IMG/VR virus record: IMGVR_UViG_3300021093_003813
Location: 36,968-100,967 of that record
Length of the DNA: 64,000 nucleotides
Reading direction: 5' to 3' (one strand)
From: a virus
The notes under the pieces were generated by a model, which did not search any database, was not told where the DNA came from, and saw only the letters and a program-made list of their open reading frames with translations. The position numbers and the translations under genes were made by a program. This document shows positions 10,242 to 18,624 of this stretch, piece by piece (positions within the stretch are counted from its first letter, which is position 1; each line of letters begins with the position of its first letter).

Positions 10242-12899
10242 TTAGAAGTTGATAAACAATTTGAATGTTTCTGTTTGTTCAGACTGACGCACCAATGGTG
10301 CGATATTACTCAGATAGATAACTTCACCTGCACGTTGAGAAATTTCAGGCTCAACCAATGAGGTGATGGTCAACCCAGATTCACCTGTTGTGACATTTTC
10401 CAATATGGATTCATCACTGATATTATTTATCACTGGTAGCAGATAAACAGTTGTGTTGTCCACATATGCCACGATGTACTCTCCATTACTATCTGTAGTC
10501 ACAACATCATCAAGATTGTATTTGGTTCCATCAGGCACTGTTATCACGAAACATGCGTTACCTGTGTTGGCAGAGAACAAAGTTTCATTGTCAAATGTCT
10601 TAATGTTTTTGATGACGCCATATTGACGAAAATCATTTTCTAGGAAAAAATCTTCTTGAAAATCTTCAATGGCTACTGCGATGCCTATTGTTGTGGCAAA
10701 CAATTCTTGTGGAATATTGGAACCATGACCGCCTTGAGGTGAAATCACGGCACGAAGTTCACCCTCTGTGCCATCACCACTGATGTTCAATTCAGCAAAT
10801 GAGTATCCTGTGCCACGGTCTGTGATGGTGACGGCAGTGATTTCACCATCCACCACTGTCAACTCAGCTGCAGCTCCAGTGCCATCACCGTTGATGGACA
10901 CACTAGTGGTGGCTTGAACATATCCGGAACCACCATCAACAATTTCTATGAAATCAATTTGTCCGTTGGTGGCAACAGCATATCCAGCAACATTTTGATT
11001 CACAATGTTGGGCAAGTCTGTGGTTTCAATAACCACAGAACCTGAAGCACCTGTACCACCACCACCAAGAATCAACACAAATGCAAAGCTGTATCCAGAA
11101 CCGCCATCAGTGAGATTCAATTCTGTAACCAGACCTGCGGATATCTCAGCTGTGGCTTCAGCACCAACACCATCACCTACAATGATGACTGTTGGTGTTG
11201 TGGTGTAGCTGGATCCTTGGGAATCTAGAATTATTTCACTGATGGTGCCGTTATGGTCAAATCGTGTGGATGTACCATAGAATTTCACTGGGATGTAATC
11301 ATCATTCAGAAATTTCACACGGTCTGCAGCAGGAACTTCATACATCAACTGCCAGGTGTATCCATCAGACAATGTTTTAGGACCCACTTCTGAGAAGGCA
11401 GGTAGCACTGTGGATGGATTGCCATTGTTGTTGTCCAAACACTTGTAGATTCTGAAATTGTTACTGTTGAACGCATAGAAATCTTCATCTGATATATCCA
11501 CAGTGTCATCATATTGCACATAGATGGTGTCAGCTTCCCAATCAATTCTTCTTGCCATCAATGTAATATCACTAGGATTCACCTTCTTCACACCTAAAAT
11601 GTTTCTCTTTACAGAACTGTCCTCAGAACGTGTGTCCACAGGAGTAGGTGCTGTAGGTTCTGTTGCCCATTCCAAAGGACGAGACAAGAACACGTAGAAG
11701 AAATCATGTGGGTTGGGAAAATTGGTTATGGTGAAGGTGTTGATGGTCACAGTTTGATCCAAGGGACCTGTCAACGTGGTGTCACCCAGTCCGAATAGAG
11801 GAGTGATGTTGATGGCAGTACCAGCATCAGCATTGGCAAATGTAGTGGCCAACTTGATGGTATCGGCTGTCACTTTGATGATGAAATAATTAGTGCTATC
11901 TGTCAATGTTGCAATTGAGCCAGAATCTTCCGTGTATGTGACTTCTTGTCCAGTCACAAAACCATGGTCAGGTAGATAGAATGTGTTGTCAATTTTCAGA
12001 AATGCTTGTGCACTGTTTCCTGTGCCTGTGAGATTGATGGCTGATCCTCCAGATGTCGAGGACACTTGGAAGGTGTTTGCGGTGGCTCCCACCACAAAGT
12101 ATTCAGTCTCATTTACCAATCCTCCGATGGCAGTGCCACCATTGGAAAAGTAACTAACTATATCACCGTTAGAAAATCCATGGGAGGAACTGGTGATGGT
12201 TTCTGTGGCTGTGTTCACACCTGAGGTTAACACATTCACACCATGTAAATTCAACAGTTGTTCATCCACTGCAGCACCTTCAATGTATTCTTCCACAAGA
12301 ATCAGTTGAAAGGCAGAACCTGATGCAGCGGATGCATTTATATTGATGGCAGTAGGTGAGGATGCAATGGCAAATGCCCGACTTGTTGCCAGTTTGATGG
12401 TGTCATCATCTATCACAATAATGAAATAGGACACAGCGTTCACCAGATTGGTGATGCCAGCTGCGGCGCCATTTTCGAAATAAATCACCTTGTCACCTTC
12501 ATTGAATCCATGATCCACGTAGGTGATGGTGTCTGCACCGTCATCCACATCAGCGGCCGCGAATTCTATTCCATTGATGGTGAGTGTGGTGACTTCTTCA
12601 CCTATGGGTGTCAGAAGTTCCACACTGGTACCATCTGTGGCAATGTAGTCCTCAGTTAACACTTTGTCACCATCTACAAAGACTTCAATTCTTCCAGGTG
12701 TGTATGTCAAAGTTTTACCTTTGATGTCCTCACCTGTGAATGTAGTGTCTCCAGCAGTTGCCGAATAGGTGTACATTGTGGTGTCCAAAGTGTTCAGAGT
12801 GTTCAACTCTCCACTAGGGACATTCAATGTGTTTACAATATCTCGGTGAAAACTGCGTGCAAGTTCCGTCCGGAACCTAATCGGCAATAATGCTGGCAT
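10242..12899 (-). CDS. gp8: baseplate wedge subunit gp8-like with an N-terminal repeat insertion
   Basis: RRIDW....Y..YD, IYKCLDNN, DGYTWQLMY, ISPQGGHG, NDFRQYG, GEVIYLSN..P..R...QTE.FK motifs. Confidence 0.85.
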   Translation of the reverse strand: MPALLPIRFRTELARSFHRDIVNTLNVPSGELNTLNTLDTTMYTYSATAGDTTFTGEDIKGKTLTYTPGRIEVFVDGDKVLTEDYIATDGTSVELLTPIGEEVTTLTINGIEFAAADVDDGADTITYVDHGFNEGDKVIYFENGAAAGITNLVNAVSYFIIVIDDDTIKLATSRAFAIASSPTAININASAASGSAFQLILVEEYIEGAAVDEQLLNLHGVNVLTSGVNTATETITSSSHGFSNGDIVSYFSNGGTAIGGLVNETEYFVVGATANTFQVSSTSGGSAINLTGTGNSAQAFLKIDNTFYLPDHGFVTGQEVTYTEDSGSIATLTDSTNYFIIKVTADTIKLATTFANADAGTAINITPLFGLGDTTLTGPLDQTVTINTFTITNFPNPHDFFYVFLSRPLEWATEPTAPTPVDTRSEDSSVKRNILGVKKVNPSDITLMARRIDWEADTIYVQYDDTVDISDEDFYAFNSNNFRIYKCLDNNNGNPSTVLPAFSEVGPKTLSDGYTWQLMYEVPAADRVKFLNDDYIPVKFYGTSTRFDHNGTISEIILDSQGSSYTTTPTVIIVGDGVGAEATAEISAGLVTELNLTDGGSGYSFAFVLILGGGGTGASGSVVIETTDLPNIVNQNVAGYAVATNGQIDFIEIVDGGSGYVQATTSVSINGDGTGAAAELTVVDGEITAVTITDRGTGYSFAELNISGDGTEGELRAVISPQGGHGSNIPQELFATTIGIAVAIEDFQEDFFLENDFRQYGVIKNIKTFDNETLFSANTGNACFVITVPDGTKYNLDDVVTTDSNGEYIVAYVDNTTVYLLPVINNISDESILENVTTGESGLTITSLVEPEISQRAGEVIYLSNIAPLVRQSEQTETFKLFINF

Positions 12900-12909
12900 T
12901 AGTTTTTAA

Positions 12910-13368
12910 TTATGAAAGTGTGACAGTCCAAGTGATGGTCATAGCGTCTGATGCACCTTTGTTCACTACTGAGAACACAGTGCGGCACAACATGGTACCT
13001 GCTGATGAAGCATTGAAGATACCTGCTTCCACTAGAGCACCTGTACCTGTACCAGCTGCGAATGTACAAACATATTGCACAGAGTCGTTGGCGGTTGATG
13101 AGGTGGTTTGTGTTGATGATGTCAAAGAAGTACGTGAGCCTGCCACAGCTGCACCTAGAGTGGTGTTGCCAGCTGCTGCTGCTGTGTTGTCTGTACCCAC
13201 TTCCATGTGTGACATCACACCTGAAGATGTGCCAATCATACGTGAAGAGATGTATGCTTTACCTACAGTCACCACTAGATTGTCAATGTTCCGTTCTTCT
13301 TTTACTACACCATTTTCATCATGTACTACAATCTTCACCTTACCGGTTGCTTTGATTAGTTCTTCCAT
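12910..13368 (-). CDS. putative baseplate/tail structural protein
   Basis: 152 aa; NLVVTVGK...EAGIFN...MLCRTVFSVVNK...ITWTVT, a common phage structural family; own late promoter. Confidence 0.7.
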   Translation of the reverse strand: MEELIKATGKVKIVVHDENGVVKEERNIDNLVVTVGKAYISSRMIGTSSGVMSHMEVGTDNTAAAAGNTTLGAAVAGSRTSLTSSTQTTSSTANDSVQYVCTFAAGTGTGALVEAGIFNASSAGTMLCRTVFSVVNKGASDAMTITWTVTLS

Positions 13369-13414
13369 TGTTTTCCTCTGGTTTTAAGTTGATGAAACTA
13401 CGAATCAATACTAG

Positions 13415-13422
13415 TATTTATA
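13415..13422 (-). promoter_or_regulatory. T4-type late promoter TATAAATA
   Basis: Exact octamer in the intergenic gap upstream of 13368. Confidence 0.8.
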
Positions 13423-13428
13423 CAAAAT

Positions 13429-16320
13429 TTAGAAACTGCTAGTGGTTCCCACGTAAGTGGATGTAGTGGTTTGTGTGGTTGTGTAATTTGCCTCAAAATA
13501 ACTTTCTAGAACTATATCTCCCCCAACATCTGTCGGGGTGATGCTGTCTGTGACATCCTTTTCTACATCTTTGTCGTCTGCGTCACTGATTGTGATGGTG
13601 TCTGTGGGAATCACATAATCCAGATTCAATTCTACATCATCTCCCACTGTTACATCTTCTTGCAGGTCACTGGATGCATCATTCTGTTGGTTGAAGTTTC
13701 TGACCATGGTGTCAGACAATGTAACAGTATCCGACAAGGTGAATTCCAATTCCTTCACAACCACGTCAGACATGGAGGCGTTATCTGCCAGAGTTAGTGG
13801 AATCACAATCAACAAGTTCACATTGTCTGATGTTGAAACAGAATCAGTCAATGGAGTGCTGACATCCAAAGACAAATTATCCGTGTTGTTTTGTGTATCA
13901 ACTAACGTGTAATCAACATTCTTGGTCAATACATCTGAGGTGCTGATGGTGTCTGTCTTGTTTAAATTCACATTCACAACACTGGCATCAGTCTGGTTGA
14001 AACTGTCTGTGAACACATAATTGGTGTTCAATGTCAACTCATCAGAGAAGGACACATCTTCTTGTAAATCAGATGTGGCGTCATTCTGTTGGTTGAAGTT
14101 TCTGACCATGATGTCAGACACATTAAGGGTGTCTGTGAATGCCATTTCTGTATTCAAGGTGACAATTTCTGTCGTGCCTATAGCATCAGTCTTGAATGGT
14201 TCCACAGAATTCACAGACACGTCTGAGGTTACCACATCATCAGAGAATGGCTTGGTCACTGTGAATGCTGTTGCATCATTCATGGACACATCATCTTGCA
14301 AATCAGATGTGGCGTCATTCTGTTGATTGAAATTGTAATTCAATGTGTCTGTGACACCCACGGAATCTGCCAACACAATGGCACTGCTGAGTATCACATT
14401 TTCAGACACAGTGACACCATCTGTGGCTATAGGCTCTAATGAAATGGTCAACACATCAGCACTGTTAACAGTATCAGTCTTACTGATGCTGTTGTTGAAT
14501 GTCATCAAGTCTGAACTGTTGAAGGTGTCTGTTAAGGTTTCTAGAATTACGAGCGAAGCATTGAATGTTTCACTCAAGGTTACTGATTCAGTGAATGGCT
14601 TGCTGATGGTCTTGAGCACCAGTTCTGACGCTGTGACCGTGTCTTCCAGTTCACGGTATGGGAGGTCTTCAATATCCACCTGGTCAAATTCATCTTCTAT
14701 TGTGACGGTGGGAGGTATGATGTCACCTGTGAGCAACAGATTGGCAAACATCTTGAACCCTGCAGGGTGTGTGCTCTTTAAGTAGATGTTTTTCCAGTTG
14801 GACAACTGTTCTGTGGTTTCAATGACATAGGAATAAGGCTGGTAGTAGTCATTGTCTTGCAGTTTAATGATGTCAGACAAGAAGCCTGCATTATCCACAT
14901 ACTCACCTGGTGCATGATAGATGTGACCTGTGCTGAAGGTGATGGTGGCGGTAGAGGAACCAGAACGACCATTGTTGACATCCACGGTGAATGTTTCCAC
15001 CGGTGTGAAGTCTGTGGAGATGTTCAGTTCCAACACAGCACCTGTTCCAGAACCAGATGCTGTCAATGTGGTCAATGGAAGTCCTGTGATGAGATCCAAT
15101 TCACTGCTATAGTTGGCACCACCATTCACCACAGTGACCTGTGTGATTTCTCCATCAGCCACCAACACACGGAACTCAGCACCTGTACCGTCGCCCACCA
15201 GATTTACTGCTGTGGCACCCACAGCATATCCAGAACCACCATCCAGAATGGTGACAGATTCAATCACACCTGTCTTGCGAACCAGGAACTTTTCACCACT
15301 ATCCACAATGGACAACAACTTGATTTTACCACGTGTGGGAGCTGAAGCATAATCACCAAACAAAGTGTAATCTTCCAGGAAGTATTGTTCAGCAAAGGTG
15401 TTTTCAGTTTTCACCACACGAACAATGGCGTTGTTCTGTAAAGATTCAAAGGCGTAGGCAGCAGAACCTGTGGTGACTTCTGTGTAGTCGCCTGCAAAGT
15501 ACAACCCTTCAATACCTGTTTCTGAGATGAAAAAGGTGTCATCTCGACGGAACCTGCTACCTGCTTCATCAACACTTACTACACGGGTCAACTGTTTGGA
15601 AATGGTGCCATAGGTGGTGGTGGTGTCACCAACAAATTGCACGTACACGTGTGTATCATAGTTACCCAGACTGACAGCCAAATCAGTGTCAGCAGAAATA
15701 TCATCCGGAAACACAAAATCAGGATTGATGTCCACTTCCAACTGATAGATGTTGGGACGAGAGGTTTCATACACATCCAAACATCGTGTTGTAGTGGTTC
15801 TGGAGAAATTACCTGCACCTGAAATGAATTCCAGATAGGACAAGGTGATGATTTTTTCCTTCAACTCAAAGATGTTTTCATCAGGGAATCTGGTGGTTTC
15901 CACTTTGATGAAACGTTTTCTGCTCCATCGACCGTCTGAGGCGCGAAGGATAAAATCACCTGGATATTTTACTTCAGCTGTGTCATTGAACATGAAACGG
16001 AAAAACATTTCCGTGGCTGTTTCTGATCCCTTGGCTTCATAGTACTGATTGATGTACTTGATTAATTTTCTGTTGGCAAGGACGGTGTCACTGGGAAAAT
16101 CATGAGTGAATTGAGCTCTGAAATATGGAATGAAGGCATCTAGTGTGATGTCAATATCTGTCCAATCAGAATTACTTAACAGAACATCATGAGCTTCACC
16201 CTCTTGTTCCAGAAATTTATAATAATATTCCAGAAATGTTACAAACTGCGGGTGTTCCACCCGCACAAATTCCGGGATTTGCCCGGAAATCAGATGATGT
16301 AACTTTCTCTTGATAGACAT
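13429..16320 (-). CDS. gp7: baseplate wedge initiator gp7-like with a long acidic Ser/Thr repeat tail
   Basis: QIPEFV..EHPQFV.FLEYYY.FLE, YEAKGS, LQDNDYYQ.YSY, HPAGFKMF motifs; position between gp6 and gp8. Confidence 0.8.
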   Translation of the reverse strand: MSIKRKLHHLISGQIPEFVRVEHPQFVTFLEYYYKFLEQEGEAHDVLLSNSDWTDIDITLDAFIPYFRAQFTHDFPSDTVLANRKLIKYINQYYEAKGSETATEMFFRFMFNDTAEVKYPGDFILRASDGRWSRKRFIKVETTRFPDENIFELKEKIITLSYLEFISGAGNFSRTTTTRCLDVYETSRPNIYQLEVDINPDFVFPDDISADTDLAVSLGNYDTHVYVQFVGDTTTTYGTISKQLTRVVSVDEAGSRFRRDDTFFISETGIEGLYFAGDYTEVTTGSAAYAFESLQNNAIVRVVKTENTFAEQYFLEDYTLFGDYASAPTRGKIKLLSIVDSGEKFLVRKTGVIESVTILDGGSGYAVGATAVNLVGDGTGAEFRVLVADGEITQVTVVNGGANYSSELDLITGLPLTTLTASGSGTGAVLELNISTDFTPVETFTVDVNNGRSGSSTATITFSTGHIYHAPGEYVDNAGFLSDIIKLQDNDYYQPYSYVIETTEQLSNWKNIYLKSTHPAGFKMFANLLLTGDIIPPTVTIEDEFDQVDIEDLPYRELEDTVTASELVLKTISKPFTESVTLSETFNASLVILETLTDTFNSSDLMTFNNSISKTDTVNSADVLTISLEPIATDGVTVSENVILSSAIVLADSVGVTDTLNYNFNQQNDATSDLQDDVSMNDATAFTVTKPFSDDVVTSDVSVNSVEPFKTDAIGTTEIVTLNTEMAFTDTLNVSDIMVRNFNQQNDATSDLQEDVSFSDELTLNTNYVFTDSFNQTDASVVNVNLNKTDTISTSDVLTKNVDYTLVDTQNNTDNLSLDVSTPLTDSVSTSDNVNLLIVIPLTLADNASMSDVVVKELEFTLSDTVTLSDTMVRNFNQQNDASSDLQEDVTVGDDVELNLDYVIPTDTITISDADDKDVEKDVTDSITPTDVGGDIVLESYFEANYTTTQTTTSTYVGTTSSF
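13470..14680 (-). repeat. degenerate about 19-20-aa tandem repeats in the gp7 C-terminus, with NFNQQNDA(T/S)SDLQ(E/D)DV three times
   Basis: Visible in the translation; the block cattctgttggttgaagtttctgaccat recurs near 13680 and 14082. Confidence 0.75.
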
Positions 16321-16322
16321 TG

Positions 16323-18206
16323 TTATTGTGTGAATGGACGACAGCTAATAATCAAACCTGCTGAAATATTAGCTTCTGAATTGCTTTCACTATCATCTAG
16401 TGTTAGAATGTTATTTCTGGAAGGAGTTGCTTCTATAGAACTTGTAGCTGTCTCAGCTGTACGAACAATACTACTGGAAATGTTTTGATATAGTGGTTGA
16501 GGTTGTACATTTACATACACTTCATTTACATTACCCACATATTCTGTGACAATAACATTTCGCAGTGTTACAATTCCTTGATTGTAATTAATGGTGCCTA
16601 CATTTGCAATAGGTAAACGTGTATCTTGGTCCACAAATTTTATAGTTCCTTCTCCATCCCTATTTGCAATAACATCATTGGCAAAATCTTGTAGATGTCC
16701 AAAATATGATAGGTTATTTACTGTAGTGATGAAGTTACTGCTTCTGAAGGTCTCTGGCTCAATAGCAGTTAAAAAATTCAATGTTTCAGAATATCCAGAT
16801 GTATCACTAGTTCCAATAACAACACGTTTTTGTAGTCGAATTTGAAACACAGAACCTACAATGGAAGTGTTCAATTGTTTCACGGTTTCTGAAATTTTAG
16901 ACAAAAAGAACGTTCTGTCCAAAGTACCCAATTCATTGTCAAAATAATCTTGAATACCTGCAATCACCAATGAACTCAATTCTGAAGCTTTCAATGAGGT
17001 CAATTTAGGATTGTAATTCACAATACCTTGCAAACCAAGATAAACATATTCTGGATCCACAAACTCATGTTTGATGCTCATCACACTTCGTGGACGAAGA
17101 ATGGTTTCTTTGATGAAGTCTTTATCAGCATTAGTTATGACTGCGTTCGTGATGGGATCAACAGAAATGAACACGGTACCGTAAACTGGAGGATCATTTT
17201 CTTCTCCTCCCCAAACAGTGACTTCTCTGGCTTTAGAAAAATTTTGTTTGATTAATGTTCGATAATCTGCTGCTGTAACAGCTCTGTTTCTGTTGGCATT
17301 GAACTTGGGTGCATTGAAACGAATACTATCAACTGATTCTCTGAAAGAACCACCTGTTGCGGGTGAAACCAAAGTTATGGTAACCTCAGTTTCTCCATCA
17401 ATATCACCAATAAGAGAAAAATCTCTGGCGCCATTTGGTGCAGAACCTTCAGACACAAGGTAGGTCACAGTCACAATGTTTCCAGGTATAAGTGTAGCAC
17501 CAACATTGCCATCACCAAACACAATGTGATATTGACCTGAATTGTTTTCTTCCACGAAGAACACTTTGCTGGTGTCAGTTATATTTACTATAGATGATGT
17601 TTTGGACCAATCTGTTGATGACAGGTCGGCTGAGGAAGTTTGAACAGCAACTTGTATTGTCGTGGTGTCTACGTTTCCATTAGGAATAATCAAAGGTCCA
17701 GATGTGTTGTCTGAACCAATCAAAAATGTGTTGGAAAGATAGATTCCTTCAATCAGTTCCACATCTTCAAACACAAACACCTCACCTTCACTTACTGTGG
17801 CTGTTTGATTTTCATTCACATTAAAGGTGTAGGTTTCTCCATTTATAGCTGCATTAAATTTAGTGCTATTAGTAATGCTTAATGTGTTACCTGCTGTGAC
17901 ATCCTTTGTTACTATCAGATCCACGGTGGCTTTTGCTGAAGTTGTGGACCTTGGACTGTATCCCAACATCTTAGCCAATGACACCACAGATGTTCTTTTG
18001 ATGGCTGTATCAATGAACATCTCATTGGCTTGAAGATTTGCCAACACAGCATTGTAATGTGTGTTGTATGCCAACACATCCAACAACAAACTCAAAGCAG
18101 AACCACTGAAGTCATAATCTGTGAATTCAGTTTGTGCTGCCAGATAGGTTCGTAGATTGTTTTTAATAGTGTCAAAATCTAGCTCTGTGACATTTAGTTC
18201 AGCCAT
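16323..18206 (-). CDS. gp6: baseplate wedge subunit gp6
   Basis: LDFDTIKNNL..YL, FTDYDFSGS, LAYNTHYN, FGDG, RAVTAADY, WGGEEN.PP.YG motifs. Confidence 0.95.
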   Translation of the reverse strand: MAELNVTELDFDTIKNNLRTYLAAQTEFTDYDFSGSALSLLLDVLAYNTHYNAVLANLQANEMFIDTAIKRTSVVSLAKMLGYSPRSTTSAKATVDLIVTKDVTAGNTLSITNSTKFNAAINGETYTFNVNENQTATVSEGEVFVFEDVELIEGIYLSNTFLIGSDNTSGPLIIPNGNVDTTTIQVAVQTSSADLSSTDWSKTSSIVNITDTSKVFFVEENNSGQYHIVFGDGNVGATLIPGNIVTVTYLVSEGSAPNGARDFSLIGDIDGETEVTITLVSPATGGSFRESVDSIRFNAPKFNANRNRAVTAADYRTLIKQNFSKAREVTVWGGEENDPPVYGTVFISVDPITNAVITNADKDFIKETILRPRSVMSIKHEFVDPEYVYLGLQGIVNYNPKLTSLKASELSSLVIAGIQDYFDNELGTLDRTFFLSKISETVKQLNTSIVGSVFQIRLQKRVVIGTSDTSGYSETLNFLTAIEPETFRSSNFITTVNNLSYFGHLQDFANDVIANRDGEGTIKFVDQDTRLPIANVGTINYNQGIVTLRNVIVTEYVGNVNEVYVNVQPQPLYQNISSSIVRTAETATSSIEATPSRNNILTLDDSESNSEANISAGLIISCRPFTQ

Positions 18207-18604
18207 TATCGTAATCTCTCTAAAGTAACCGTAAGGGAAGTTGGTTGATTGATACCTATGACAGTGAAATACAGAGAAATCTCATAGGCATTGTCATCTT
18301 CAAAAGGAAACACCACCACTTGTTCCAAAGCAATGCGAGGCTCATACAAACTGATGGTGTTTTCAATACTACGTTTTATAGCCATGGTTGTGATAGCATC
18401 CACAGGCTCAAACAACAAATTACGTAAAGGTGACCCAATGTTAGGTTGAAACAATCTTTCTCCCAAGTTGGTGTTCAACAATAATTTCAAAGATTGTTTT
18501 ATAGAATTGGCATCTATTTTTTTCAACACATCCTGAGTTTGTGGATGTGCTGCAAAAGACAAGTCCAAATCTTTGTACAGTTTGTTGGGAGAAAGAATAG
18601 GCAT
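18206..18604 (-). CDS. gp25: baseplate wedge subunit gp25
   Basis: YKDLDLSF..HP, GERLFQP.IGS, LLFEP, YEPR, LERLR terminus. Confidence 0.95.
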   Translation of the reverse strand: MPILSPNKLYKDLDLSFAAHPQTQDVLKKIDANSIKQSLKLLLNTNLGERLFQPNIGSPLRNLLFEPVDAITTMAIKRSIENTISLYEPRIALEQVVVFPFEDDNAYEISLYFTVIGINQPTSLTVTLERLR

Positions 18605-18613
18605 TTTATTGAA

Positions 18614-18621
18614 TATTTATA
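18614..18621 (-). promoter_or_regulatory. T4-type late promoter TATAAATA (gp25-gp6-gp7)
   Basis: Exact octamer 10 nt upstream of the gp25 ATG. Confidence 0.8.
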
Positions 18622-18624
18622 TGG

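Noticed and set aside
13470-14680. Diversity-generating retroelement or CRISPR-type repeats
   Set aside because: Repeats are in-frame protein repeats without adenine-specific mismatches or unique spacers; no reverse transcriptase in the window
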